From positions 1,302,001 through 1,366,000 of the forward strand of contig OZ037836.1 of the NCBI GenBank assembly GCA_964035575.1: a DNA stretch of 64,000 nucleotides. Direction: 5' to 3'. The notes beneath the pieces are model-generated. The model saw only the letters and a program-made list of their open reading frames with translations. It was not told where the DNA came from and made no database searches. The stretch comes from Rhynchopus sp. YZ270_cl-10. Taxonomy: Eukaryota. How positions within the stretch are numbered: the first letter of the stretch is position 1; each line of letters starts with the position of its first letter. Shown piece by piece: positions 1 to 12,881 of the stretch. Position numbers and translations under genes: made by a program.

Positions 1-1
1 T

Positions 2-2983
2 CGTGAGTCTATGTTTCGTGCAGAAGTCCATCACAATGGCGCGGCCATCGCCTTCTGTGTGGTGTAGGCTGCAGCAGGTTTCTGGAGCGGCTCGCAGCGT
101 CTTGCACGAGTTACATCGCACTTTGCCGTGGGTCAGACAAGACAAGGTTTTGGCGCACTTTCTGGCGTCTGGAGGGGCCGTGCGAGGTGGGCGGGCCCGT
201 CCTGCAGCTCTGGCTTCAGTCGCTCTGCCTCGCCATCCTGCGGAGGCTTCAGTCCAGTCATCAGCGTAATGCTCTTGCGGCCGGAACTGGGCTGCCCAAG
301 CCTGGGTCTCCTCGTACAAGAGGGAGCGGCGGTTCCCTGCAAAGGCTGCTATGTGCGACTGTAGGTGGCGCAGTACCTCCTCAGTTTTGCTGTTGAGAAC
401 TGCTCGTTTGCTCACACCACTGGTCACCGAACCTCCGATGGCAGTAAGGCTAGTGACGTTGGTGTAGTGGCCGTACATCCAGGACTGTGGTTTGTACACC
501 TTCGCAAAGGTCTGCATCAGCTCGCCCAGTGAGAGTGACTTGGCCAACGCGCTTTGCAGGAAGGTGTCGCGTTCCGAGGAGGCAGCGGCAAGTTCTGCTT
601 GCTTCTGGTTCTCCACCTCATCCATTGCCTGGTTGCTGACAGCGTCAGCGTCCTTGTTTCGCTCTCGCGCGATGTGGCGGAACCCCAGGGTGAAACGGGG
701 TTGAACCTCTCTGATCAGTTCTTTAGCCACGAGGAACAGCGGTTTGAGGAAATCGTTGCAGTCAGCTACCCCCCGGAGCTGGTCCACAATCAGCTTGGAG
801 TCTCCGCTGATGGTGACCGGGCCTTGCAGCTCAGAGGGGAGTTCGTTGAGGAGGCGGAGGCCACTGATGACTCCTTCGTACTCCGCCACGTTGTTGCTTC
901 TGGCTGAGGGAAGTGGGGTGGCCACCGATGCGCTCTTGACACCATCCACATATACCACCGCTCCTGCCCCAGCCCTCGCGAAGACAGTTTTGTTCTGTCT
1001 TGCTCCGCCGTCAAAGAACATTTCCACCCCGCTGTGGTCCGCGATATGGTCCCTAACCGTGCACGACGAGGTAGAGGCTTTGAACTGCGGATAGCGGCGG
1101 CTGCCAACGTCTGGGAGCGGCATTCCTGTGGTGAGCTCAAAGTCCACTGCCAGCTCGATGAGGCTGATTGAGTGTTCGGACCCGACGTGGGCCCACTGAA
1201 GTCCTCGCACCCAGGAGTTTAGTGCATGCCAAAGGTCTTCGTTGTGTTTCCACTGTTGACGGACGCTCTCGTAGCTGTAGACTGGGAGATGTACCTGTCT
1301 GGGCTGGGGTGAGGACCAGCCCCACGGAAAGCTCTGCAGCCGGTGGTGTCTGGCAGATTCTTCGGGGCGGTCGGCACGGATCTGTCGCTCTTTTACCACC
1401 TCCACAAAGAAGCGTTGGAGACTCCTGACGATGAAGCATCTGTCGTCCGAGTTTTGCGGTAGCGCATTGTCCCCTTGTCGGAAGGCTGGGGCCACCCCAC
1501 ATATCGACAGGCAATTTGGCCAATTGGTTCGATCCTGCGATGTGATGCTGTGCCTGGCTCGCACCGACGACCACGCCTGGCAGTCCCACCAAAGATGCTC
1601 AACCGTCTCTCGTTCGCCAGACACGCAATAGGGGCAAGATGTTGTGCTGAGGCCTGAGCGGCCCGTGGTGTTCACCGCACCCGCGATGACTGATCTGAGA
1701 ATGCCTTTCTGGTAGCCGGTTAACTCGTTAGCAGAGTCCTCTAACAGGTGCCTGGTTGTGTGGCCATCGACACCATGCTGCAGGCCTTCGAAGTCGGGGC
1801 GCCTGTTAGCCATTTTTGAGAGTATCTCCGTACGGAGGAAGTGGCGGGCTTCTGCCTCCATTCCTGCCACTTGCTTGTCTGTGAGCGTACTCAGCTCCAA
1901 GGTAGCAGCGTCACCTGCCTCGTTCACAAAGCTAATCGACGTTGGAGACTGCCATGTCCAGCCGAGTGCTCGCAGGGTGAGCGAGATGAGATGGAATGGG
2001 CCACATGTCAGAGAGTCTCTATTCTGCCAAGCGGCTGTAGCGAGGGGTCTGCAACTTGCCTTTCTCATTTGTTTGGCCCATGCTCTTAGCCTGTGGAGGT
2101 GCAAGACCATGGAAGGGTCCATGCGATGTCCGTGTTGCAGGACGTGCAGTACAACTTCTGGCGCCCTTCTGTTGGTACCCGTCCACACCGCCGCTGTGAA
2201 CTTTGTCGTGAGGTTTTTCTGCTCTTTGGGGGACATGTACGTTGTGGAGGCAGCGTAGTAGCACTTCGACCCCGCACTCATGGACGCCACGTGGTCTCGG
2301 TGCTGAACTGGGGTGGGGAGGGATTTCACCCTTCGGAGGTTCTCAACTGCAGTTTCACGCCTCTTTGCAATGCGGTCTGAGACGGGCAGGTTGTCCACAT
2401 CCTGTGTTGGCTTCGCATGCACCATCGCACCCGTGCAGTCGAAGCTGTTTCGCTTTGGAAGGAAGATGGGTGGGGACTGACTTACCAAACACCGTGAGAG
2501 GGAGTCGTAGGCTTTGAGTTCGCATGGGGGGGTGTCGCAAGTCGAGAAGGTGTGCGACTTTGACGTGCTGATTGCCATTTGGGTCTTCTGCGAGAAGATG
2601 ACAGTACGGTCGGTGATGTCCTGCTGCAGCTCATGTGTGCTGGCAGTCGCGTAGATGTCATCGACATAAGAAGCGGCCTCGGCCCCCCGACTCTCCACAT
2701 CCCGCATCCAGACGCTGACTACGATGTTGATCAGGATAACGCTAAGCGGGCACCCCTGCATGATGCCATTCGTGGGGACGAATGGTTGCCCTATGGAGCC
2801 ATTGCACTTGAAATGCCTGGTCATTCTAGCGTAAGCCTCTCGTAGCGTGGTTAGCACCACTTCGTTGAATCCCAGCCGCGCCGCAAGCTGAAATGTGATC
2901 TCTATCGGCACTGTGTCAAAGCACTTTTGGAAGTCGATAGCGACTCCGTACATATCGCCCTCAGACAGATGCGCGCATTCCAG
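2..2983 (-). mobile_element. 5'-truncated non-LTR retrotransposon (LINE): RT, CCHC-like zinc motif, archaeal-type RNase H, Cys-rich tail; ORF runs off the window edge
   Basis: Manual translation of this minus frame (absent from the ORF track, apparently because it has no stop in the window) gives GVAIDFQKCFD, GIMQGCPLSVILIN, SYVDD (RT), CPYC..ETVEHLWWDC, and FFDGGAR..AGAG..SNNVAEYEG..GDSKLIVDQ..HIARERNKDADAVSN (RNase H, ~620-1025). At ~2983 it switches abruptly to the UBL-LRR upstream module. Confidence 0.93.
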
Positions 2984-4140
2984 GTGTGTGTGGTGGTGGG
3001 GTGTGGAGGACAACAAGCCTGCAGTCCTTTTCAATGGAGCTTGACAAAGAAAAACTGTGCGAAGAAGGGAGTTCAAAAGTGCAATATCATCCTCACAAAT
3101 AAGGCAACAACGGAACACCGAAATGACAACTTCGTAAACGTTGAGGATATGCAACACAACGATGCCCACTGTCCCTCTCCCCGACCCACAACCCACAACC
3201 CCCGACTTCAGATCTCTCTCCTCTCCATCCCCTCTCCCTGAACCAGTGCCCTTCACAGACGTTCCCTCCTCACGAAAGCAAACCCACCTTCCCCTGCCCC
3301 TCTCACGCACCGTTACCTGCCCCGTTCTGCACAAGAAACCCGCACAGCCTCCACGCTGTCTCCACCCACCCCACGCAAGGAAGAACGCCAAAGGTGCTCT
3401 CGTGCTGCAACCACAGACAAGCTGAGGTGCCAGACAAATGCACGAAAGCACCCCACCGCCAGACACAGCTTCCCCTCCCATCATCACCACAAAGGATCGA
3501 GGGAAGCGCCACACCCAAACCCCCCACACTCACAACACTGAACCCACAGACGTTCACCGCAACACATATCGCCCCTCCCTTCCCTCCCTGGTAACGGCAC
3601 ATACGTGACCCTCCCTCAACATCGTGTCGAGAGCATCTGTCCCCACTGGTCGCCAGCACCTCTCTCTGGTGGAGCCACGCCAGCAGTGATGTGCCACATC
3701 ATGCTGTCGGTGGTGGCACACATCTGATGCTCGTGTCCATCCGCGTTCCGAACCTGCCCCCTCCGCCCACGTCCCTTCCTCTGCAGCAAAGTGCACAGCA
3801 CCACACACCACACGTCACGTGTTGACACCATGTGGCTACGTGCCTTTTGCTGCACTCACACCCCTCCCTCCCTCCCTCCCTCCTTCCCTCCCTCCCTCCC
3901 TTCCCTTTGCCTCTGAACACATTCTAGCAACAGTGATTAGACACAGCTGAACACCATTCGCTGTGTAGGCAGAGAACACCCTGCTGTGTGGACGGACCCT
4001 GCCAAAACCTGCAAAAGTAACAATACAGTTCCCACCTGCACTGTCTCACATGCCACACTGTAGCCACATCGTATGGGCTCGACAGTCATCGTCGTTTCGG
4101 GTATTCAGGGAAGAAAACTGACATCCTCATCCTTTTCTAC
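2984..4140 (-). repeat. Upstream/intergenic module of the UBL-LRR tandem unit
   Basis: Near-identical to 7790-8815. Sub-blocks recur at ~25690-26100, 27478-27795, 50712-51150, 52630-53335 and 60540-61335. Confidence 0.9.
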
Positions 4141-4594
4141 CAGTACCCTGGTTCACGTACTGACCTTGTGCTGGATTGAGCTTTTTTGTGTAGAAAACAT
4201 TTCGCACTCGAAACCTGGAAAATAATGACAACACAGGAAGCAGGGGTTGTTTTAATTTCTGACATTTGCATATTTTTCTTATGACAAAGACAAGAGAAAC
4301 GTAAAAAGAGCAACACGCCGAGTGGCTGTGTGCCGGTAGAGCTAAAAGAAGCATGTATCCATGCTCCAGAGGGAGCTAAGAAACGTTATAAGAACGCCAC
4401 ATCGAGCGTGGCAGGGATATCGTAAGAAAGACACATGAAACGTATAACAAGCATTCAGTACTCTGTCCACTACGAGAGCACAGGAGCACTGCGTAAGAAA
4501 AAGACTCACCAACCTTCATGCATCAGAGAGAGCGAAGGGTGCAGAAAGCACCGGAAAAAAAAGGAAAGAAAACACCAGGGGGGCCGCCACCTAG

Positions 4595-4633
4595 TAAAGT
4601 TCTGTTGATGGTCAACAGAACTTTTTGAAAATG

Positions 4634-4668
<35 letters not shown>

Positions 4669-5190
4669 CTGTTGAGTGGTTCAGACCCGTTCTACTTGTC
4701 AAAAAATCTCAGGAGAAGAAGATATGGGGAGGTGAGTGCTCAAACGTTCCAAAAAAGTCAAAATCGGGTGGTGAAAAAAATAAAAGTTGCGTACCGTGCG
4801 CCTGCGGCGCAAGCAGCTCCCACCACCAACGCAGTTCCATTTTATGGGAACATTTTTTTAGAAATGTTGCGTACCGTGGCTTCGCCAGGAACCTTTGGGT
4901 GCCATGACCGCTGCTTACTGATAAGAAGGCTGACACACACTACGGCTTGTGGACGGCCACCGAAGAGTACAATGTACAGCCTGGTGAGAGAGAAAGAGCA
5001 AATGTCGCTGATTCGGAGGAACTCTGACCGGGCTTGGGGAACATGCGTCTCTCCGCCGGAGGCCACGAGACGGAGCTTTGTAGGGGTTTTCGCGCGAAGC
5101 GCGAAAATTTTTTTTGGACCATCAACAGAACTTTTTCAAAACCCAAAATCCTGGCGGCGGGGCTGGAAAACACAAAAAAAAAAAAAAAAA
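4595..5190. mobile_element. Non-autonomous dispersed element with terminal hairpin AAAGTTCTGTTGA-nnn-TCAACAGAACTTT
   Basis: An inverted, internally shorter copy lies at ~41440-41737. The internal motif AATGTTGCGnnCCGTGGCTTCGCCAG also occurs at ~28498 and ~28657. Confidence 0.65.
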
Positions 5191-5194
5191 AATC

Positions 5195-5655
5195 TATTTA
5201 TTCGACTTTTTATACAGTAGTTTTATTTTGCGATAATTTCACGCTAATTTTCGATGCGAGTGTGGTTAATTTGCCGAGCGAAGCGAGGCAAATTGAGCTC
5301 ACGAGCATCGAAAATTAGCGTGAAATTATCGCAAAATAAACTACTGTATAAAAATTCGAATAGGTGATTTTAATTTGCGTGTTACATAAAGTTCTAGTGG
5401 GGGCTCTGTTGGAAAAGGGTAACTTATTTGTTGCGCAATCCATTAATGCTGTTTTTCCTGTACAAAAATACAGTGAAAAAAAAAAAAAAAAAAAAAAAAA
5501 TCACGCTCCTACGTATTTTCCCACAGAAAATAAAAACACAAGTGAAAAAAAGTGAAAATACAGTAGTTTTATTTCCACAGAGACAAATTATCGACAATTA
5601 AAATTACCCTTTTCCAACGGAGCCCCACTAGAACTTTATTTAACAAGTGAATTAA
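5195..5655. mobile_element. Palindromic (Crypton-like) non-autonomous element
   Basis: A ~160-bp palindrome (5200-5362) centred on CCGAGCGAAGCGAGG is followed by a second inverted-repeat pair (ATAAAGTTCTAGTGGGG..GGAAAAGGGTAA near 5386 and its complement ending ~5640). Confidence 0.6.
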
Positions 5656-6460
5656 AAAAAAAAAAAAAAAACATCGGAGCGTCCCGTACTCTGTCCTGCA
5701 AGAGACCGCAAGCTCACTACCCAGGACAGCCCATAAGTGCTCTATCCAACCGACGACATCAACCGAGGTCTTAACTGAAGAACCACAGGTACAGACTCAT
5801 TTTACTTGATGCAGCAAAGAAGATAGCAAAACAGGGTGCAACAAGCACAGAGAAAAAGAACATGGGGGGGGGGGGGGGGGGGAAACAGACGAGCATCAAA
5901 TACTCAATACACACAAGAAACCACAAGAACTCTAACCCGTAAAAGATCCCCTACGACACTCAGCACCAGCACCAGGGCTCAACCAAGATATCTGCCCAAG
6001 CAGGACCGACAAGGATACACTCAGTATCTTACATGGAGCCGCTCGTCGGCTGTGTGCTGATCAAGCAGGTTGGCCAGTGAAGCATAATGTTTGAAGAATA
6101 AAGCAGGGGGAGAAGGGGGGGGGGAATGCTTTTTGATAAAAATTAGCGAAACACAAAAAACCATCTCGGGGAATAAAACACTATGTTGTCATTACAGAAA
6201 AAAAGGGGGGGTTGGGCGGGGAGGTACGTTGTAATGAATAAGACATGGGTTTTTGTGGGGATTTTGCAGAACAGAGTAAAATAACACAATGCGTGGAACG
6301 TCTTGCTCAGCACAGCTCTCCTCTCGCACCAAGTAGTAGTCAGTGCCACGGTGAGCAAGACTGTGCCCCTCTTCTTCTCCGAACCAGAGGACGCAAGCAG
6401 ACATACTGCCAGAGACCCTCCACCTCGGGGAGGTGCTGCCCTCCCACCAACACCACGTCG

Positions 6461-7762
6461 TCATTGTGCGTGTCTCCGTCGCTTCTGGCTTTGCTCGGGG
6501 GATTCGTCTCTGCTTCGTTTCGGACGTGCTTCAACCACAAGCTTACTCAGCTTCTTGTCGCTCCTCACATCCTCGGACACATCACTGCTGCAGCCGGAAA
6601 GGTAAATGCTCGTCAACGATCTGCAGTTCGCAGCAAAACACGACCTTCGCGTGCTAAAACAGTAACCAATCGACGTCACCTTGCTGAGTGGCGACAAATC
6701 CAAGGTAGTTAAGCTGCTGCAGTTGGAAAGGAATTTGAGTTCAATGTCCGTAACATTGCTGAGTGGAGATAAATCCAGGCTTGTTAAGCTGCTGCAGTAC
6801 TGAAGGAAGCTCTCAGCGACCTCCGTAACGTTGCTGAGTGGTGCTAAATCCAGGGCCGTTAAGCTGGTGCATTCGGAAAGGAAGTTGCTCTCGATCCGCG
6901 TCAGGTTGCTGAGTGGAGACAAATCGAGGGTCGTTAAGCTGCTGCAGCCGTCAAGAAAGCAGTCATCAATCTGCGTCACGTTGCTGAGAAGAGACAAATC
7001 CAGGGTTGTTAAGCTGCTGCACTTCTCCAGGAAGCCCGAACGAACGTGCGTCACGTTGAGTGGTGGTAAATTGACGGAGGTTAAGCTCTCGCAGCTGGCA
7101 AGAAAGTTGCCACCAAGCTCCGTAAGGTTGCTGAGTGTAGATAAATCCAGGGCTGTTAAACTGCTGCACTTCCAACAGAAGCCCGCACCAACCTGCGTCA
7201 CATTGCTGAGTGGTGGTAAATCCAGGTTCGTTAAGCTCCTGCACTTCAGTAAGAAGTGCTCACCAACCTGCGTCACATTGCTCAACCCAGAGATGTCGAC
7301 ACTTGTCACCGAGGTGCAGTATGCCAGGAAGCTGTCTCCAATGTGAGTCACAATGGACTCAGCACTGAGATCAAGTCTCGTCACCGTGTCTGCGAAGGGA
7401 GTACACAAGAACTTATCCGGAATGACAGTCGCAACCTCCGCCTGCAGAAGCAAACACGCCATCTTGGGATTCCACACATGCTTCAACTTCTCGGCTGTGA
7501 TGTCGGTCACACCCAACGCATGAAGCTCTGCAATGGCTTCTTGCTTCTGCGACGCCTTCGTGAGGATGATTGTGTCACCAGCACTCAGCTGCGTCATGTC
7601 CGCTCCTTCTCCCATCGCTTCGCCTCCGAAACTCATGCAAAAGCCGTCTTCAGGCAACCCCATTGCAGACGCCACCTTCCGCTGCAAGCCCTCCACTGTG
7701 TCATCTTCACCCACCTCGACTGTGTGCTGATTCGTGTCGAAACCCTTGATGTTCAGGTCCAT
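6461..7762 (-). CDS. Ubiquitin-like domain + BspA-type LRR protein, copy 1 (433 aa, ~11 LRR units), basic NLS-like C-terminus
   Basis: N-terminal UBL pattern (MDLNIK..TVEVGEDDTVEGLQRKVA..LSAGDTIIL), 23-aa repeats LDLSPLSNVTxIxxxFLxxCxSLT, and a C-terminal RPKRSR...KRRRH. Confidence 0.9.
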   Translation of the reverse strand: MDLNIKGFDTNQHTVEVGEDDTVEGLQRKVASAMGLPEDGFCMSFGGEAMGEGADMTQLSAGDTIILTKASQKQEAIAELHALGVTDITAEKLKHVWNPKMACLLLQAEVATVIPDKFLCTPFADTVTRLDLSAESIVTHIGDSFLAYCTSVTSVDISGLSNVTQVGEHFLLKCRSLTNLDLPPLSNVTQVGAGFCWKCSSLTALDLSTLSNLTELGGNFLASCESLTSVNLPPLNVTHVRSGFLEKCSSLTTLDLSLLSNVTQIDDCFLDGCSSLTTLDLSPLSNLTRIESNFLSECTSLTALDLAPLSNVTEVAESFLQYCSSLTSLDLSPLSNVTDIELKFLSNCSSLTTLDLSPLSKVTSIGYCFSTRRSCFAANCRSLTSIYLSGCSSDVSEDVRSDKKLSKLVVEARPKRSRDESPEQSQKRRRHAQ

Positions 7763-9782
7763 ATCTTTCTTGTGGTTTTGTGTTGTGATCTCTGTGTGTG
7801 GTGGGGTGTGGAGGACAACAAGCCTGCTGTCCTTTTCAAGAACCTTGATCAGCTTGACAAAGAAGAACTGTGCGAAGAAGGGAGTTCAAAAGTGCAATAT
7901 CATCCTCATAAACAAAGCAACAACGGAACACCGAAATGACAACTTCGCAAACGTTATCTCAGCACACATCCAAGGATATGCAACACAACGATGCCCACTG
8001 TCCCTCTCCCCAACCCACAACCCCCGACTTCAGATCTCTCACCTCTCCACCCCCTCTCCCTGAACCAGCGCCCTTCACAGACGTTCCCTCCTCACGAAAG
8101 CAAACCCACCTTCCCCTGCCCCTCTCACGCACCTTTACCTGCCCCGTTCTGCACAAGAAACCCGCACAGCCTCCACGCTGTCTCCACCCACCCCACGCAA
8201 GGAATAACGCCAAAGGTGCTCTCGTGCTGCAACCACAGACAAGCTGAGGTGCCAGACAAATGCACGAAAGCACCCCACCGCCAGACACTGCTTCCCCTCC
8301 CATCATCACCACAAACGATCGAGGGAAGCGCCACACCCAAACCCCCCACACTCACAACACTGTGCACCTCCACCTCCTCTCACACACAACCCACAGACGT
8401 GCACCCCAACACATATCGCCCCTCCCTACCCTCCCTGGTAACGGCACATACGTGACCCTCCCTCAACATCGTGTCGAGAGCATCTGTCCCCACTGGTCGC
8501 CAGCACCTCTCTCTGGTGGAGCCACGCCAGCAGTGATGTGCCACATCATGCTGTCGGTGGTGGCACACATCTGATACTCGTGTCCATCCGCGTTCCGAAC
8601 CTGCCCCCTCCACCCACGTCCCTTCCTCTGCAGCAAAGTGCACAGCACCACACACCACACGTCACGTGTTGACTGCCAAAACCTGCATGATTAACAGTGC
8701 AGTTCCCACCTGCACTGTCTCACATGCCACACTGTAGCCACATCGTATGGGCTCGACAGTCATCGTCGTTTCGGGTATTCAGGGAAGAAAACTGATATCC
8801 TCATCCTTTTCGACCAGAAGCCCCACGCCACGTTACACGCCCTGGTATACGCGTAGACGCTTTCGGCACCAATGAAGGAACCTACTCACAGGGTGCCATT
8901 ACCATCGTTGATAGAGCACAGGTCTTGATGTAAGATGTTTGACCCACAGCCAACGCTATGACATTACGCCATCACGAAAAACCGTGGCCAAGGTAAGAAG
9001 AGAAAAGAGGCTGGAGTAGGGGGTGTACTTTATTATTTTTTGGGAAATGTAGCTTTTTTTGTTTGTTCAAATACTGAACCCGCACTGGATTGAGCTTTTT
9101 TGTTGTTTTTTTGTTTTTGTTTTTGTTTTTGTTTTTTGTTTTTTTTCGGGGGAAAGCAATGGGGGGGAGTAAGGGACAAAGGAGAATGAGGGTAAGGGAA
9201 TGGGGAAACACACACAGAACACACGTGGTCAGTGTTCCCCTCTTAGGAACTGCCCACACCTGCGTTCAAACAAATACACATACACAGATACACCGCGTGG
9301 TCATTGTATAGTACAAAGTATGAGATTCGGGAACGCTTCTTTTGTTGTCTTTTATTGAAAAACTTGGTTTTTTTTTTTTTTTGAAAGCTTGGTTGTATTA
9401 GTGTAGCCACCCTAGAGTGTGCTCCACTATTTTATAAAAAAAAATTATATAAATATAAAAAATGTAACCACCTACCTCCAAGTAGGGCCTGTACTCGATG
9501 TCGCCTGGGGGCTTTTTCTTTTCCTTTTTATTTTGTTTGCCTGCACTCAAAAGGGAGCATAGATTCAGTTCATCCTCAGCTCAAGAAAGTTGCTTTTTGT
9601 TTTGTTTTGTTTTGTTTTGCTTTTTTATGAAAACTTGGCTTTTTTTTGTTGTATTAGTGTCGGCACCCTGAGGATAGGCATTACTATACGTAACGCAACC
9701 TCAAAATTGCTGTGTTTATGGTGTTCCTGAAACACCTGTCAAGGACATGTTAATCTAGGCCATCTCTGGAACACCAATTTAT

Positions 9783-10706
9783 CAGTCCTATTCGTGGTCA
9801 TTTACCCCCCCCCCTAAATTTACCCCCCCCCCTTATTTTACCCCCTTTTTCAGAAAAAAACGGTTCAGGCCAAAATAACATGGTAATTTACCCCCCCCCC
9901 CTTATAATACCCTGTTGTGGCTGGTACTTTACCCCCCTGGGGGGGTAAAGTACCAGCCACCAGGTAATTTTTGGGTAATTACGCCAGGTGGTGTTTTGTC
10001 ACGAGTGACCTAAACCCACGAGCGAAGCGAGGGGGTTCAGGGAACGAGTGGCAAAACACCACCTGGCGTGTAATTATGGGGTAATAGTTTCACTTAGTGC
10101 AGCGCATACCTGTTTTGTTTTATGGTTTGCTGGGAGGGGCTGATGTGTTCAGCGGGTCGTACATCCGGAGACTGTAGGACTCGTCTGATTTGAAGCTGGA
10201 GACAAGCTCGAAATGAGGAAAGGGGTAAAGTGCAAATAATCTTTCACCCTGTTTTACATCACGTGTGCAGGTAGATGGGTGCAGGTGGGTACGTTTGTGC
10301 TGCGTGGGCGATACGTTTGGGACACCTCACGGAATCTGAGGCAACACCGTGATCCCTGACCAGTCATGGTTCAGGCACGGGCAGAAAGATGATGTGGATG
10401 ATGTGGATCCATGATGCATGACTGCTTGCGATGTCGCAAGGAAGTGAGGAATTTTTTTCAGATGACACATTTGTCATGAGAGCATGTGTCGTCACACTGT
10501 GTTGTGCAAAATTTTACCCCACCGTGTATGAAAAAGTCCCCCCTTCCCACCCAAAAACATGACCTAACCCATAACATGGTAATTTACCCCCCCCCCCCTT
10601 ACCCCCTCATTTACCCCCCCCCCCCCCCTTATTTTACCCCCTTATTTCCAAAATTTCCGGTTCACCGACCCAAAGGGGGGGGGGTAAATGACCACGAATA
10701 GGACTG
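9783..10706. mobile_element. MITE with ~28-bp TIRs (CAGTCCTATTCGTGGTCATTTACCCCCC)
   Basis: Perfect TIRs flanked by AT on both sides. Contains an internal perfect hairpin at ~9917-9960 and a GCGAAGC-centred palindrome at ~9975-10077. Confidence 0.85.
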
Positions 10707-11022
10707 ATTATATTTATTATTTCATAATATTATGAATTCTTTTCTTTACGAAACAAAAAGAATGCAAAAGAGGGTGCAAAAAAGTGTACCCTTGCTTTTT
10801 TTGACATGTTTAGCAAAAAGTAAAAAGAGAAGTAAATGATTCATGCACAAAATCGAAACTTCAGTAGATTGGTTTCTAACATTAACCCTGTTTCTGTCCT
10901 TAAAACCATTTATAAAAATAAAAACATAAATATCAATTTGTGACCACAGCAGAGCGGGGTCGTAAAATTGAACACGCACTCTCATCAAAAAAGGGGGGAA
11001 AAGAAAAACACCCTTGCCGACG

Positions 11023-11736
11023 TACCTACTCCCCCCCGTGCATAAGTCCGACCCCCATGACCTGTGCATAAGTCCGATGACCCGTGTATAAGTCCGGGCA
11101 GATTTGGGCTCAGGATCGGACTTATGCACAGGCCGACTTATACACCGGTTTTGTGTACTGGTGGTGGGGAGAATTTTTTTTGGCGCGTTTTCCCGCTCGC
11201 GAAGCGAGCGGGGGGAAAATATTGGGTGTTTTTCCGCGAGCGAAGTGAGCGCAATTTATTTTTATTGGCGGTGTATTCACCAGGGATCATCTTCACGCTT
11301 CTCATGTCAATACATCATCCTCACAATTCTCAAAGATGTGAACCTGTTACTGCAAAATTGTGGAAAACTTTGCACCCCAAACAGTCTCAGCAGCCAAAAA
11401 AGGTGCCCCTTGTTGCTGGGAGTTGATTCTCATGTTTGATACCTGCACAGCACCGGCATTCTTCTGAGTCCAACGCTGGTTGGCCTGTCTGCTGCGTTGT
11501 ACCGAAGGTGCACGAAGAGGGTAAATTTTGCGGTGTCACATTCCCTCATGTGTGGGTCACTCACACTGAGGTCATGTCACACTGCATGGGTCTGGGTACC
11601 TGGGTGCACAAAACCGAACGGTGTATAAGTCTGATACCCGTGCATAAGTCCGAAACCCCGTGTATAAGTCCGGAGGCCCTCAGCCCCCCCAAAAATCGGA
11701 CTTATACGCAGACTTATGCACGGGGGAGGGTAGGTA
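11023..11736. mobile_element. MITE, TA-flanked, TIR core CCCCCGTGCATAAGTC with subterminal GTG(C/T)ATAAGTC repeats
   Basis: Inverted termini at 11023-11048 and 11711-11736. Internal ~11350-11610 is homologous to ~63245-63485. Confidence 0.8.
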
Positions 11737-12334
11737 TAAAAAAAAATAAAGGGAAAAAAATTGTAAGATGATCCCACGTCTCTCGATGCTTTCTCATCTA
11801 ATCATACATGGCACCCTTTTTCACCATTCCTTTTTAGGGAACACTGCAATGTACGGTCCTCAAAGCTCCAAGAAAAATGGGGTCGGCAGGGATCAAGAGG
11901 GAAGTTGCCTTATCCTAAACGTGCACACACAACTGGCCAAAGAGGCGTCACTCACCTATTGCGTCATCAATTGAAATAACATTGCTTACCAAAAATGGTA
12001 TAATACTGCCCCATTTTTCATTCGTATTTTTTTGCCCCCGCAAACCAACTGAACCATCAAAAATAAATTCACACACATGAACAAGGGTGCACATCGTTTT
12101 CAACTCACGCAAAAAAAAGTAATAAAACATAAATAAATAAATGACAGTTGCTCCGATGAACCCAAGCCTCACGCTCAAAGCCTGGCCTTACGCGGCTTTC
12201 TTCGCTGCTGCTACAGGCCTTCCGCGCCCGGCAGGGAAAGGCACGTCACCTTCGCCAGGCCCCTGTGTATGTGTGGTGCGTTTCATTTTGTCTAGTTTTT
12301 CAAAAATTACAATAGCAGCAACAGGTAGGTAATA

Positions 12335-12531
12335 CACGACGGTGAAGTAAACGACATGACATGTGCTTTTTACATGTGTATTACATGTTAAAACACATAT
12401 CATTTTACATGTAAAGTGACACGTGCCACAGGTAAAATGACCTGTTGAGTACATATCATTTTTATGTGGCGCATGTCATTGTTTTTCACATGTCATTTTA
12501 CATGTGGCATGTCATTTGCTTCACCGTCGTG
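12335..12531. mobile_element. Short MITE with CACGACGGTGAAG TIRs (CACTA/EnSpm-like termini)
   Basis: TIR pair with internal ACATGT repeats. Same family as 24917-25072 and 37871-38099. Confidence 0.75.
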
Positions 12532-12881
12532 TTTTTGCCGTTCCCAGAAGGGAGGGGGGTTAATAAAAAAGTGTTGAAAAACCATAAAATGGTTGGTTCT
12601 CTCTGTATTGCTTTGGCTTTTATTTTTTTTTGCCAAAAAAAAAGCATTTTAGTTTGAAAGTTAACATCCAGAAGGGAGGGGGTTTGAAAGTTTGTATGTT
12701 TTGTTTTTCTGCTACTCTGTTTACTTTGCATTATATTTCGTCATAATAACTTTGTAAGTTAAGAGGTTGGTGCACTTCTTTGTTGAGTGGATATGAACGG
12801 TCCACACGATGGGCTTTCTCGAGCACAATAATATCCGTAATCATCGTAATCTTTTTTTTTTTAATCTCCCCCTCTCCGTCC

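Noticed and set aside
6700..7380. Regularly spaced ~69-bp repeats resembling a CRISPR array
   Set aside because: They are in-frame coding LRR modules, and no cas genes are present.
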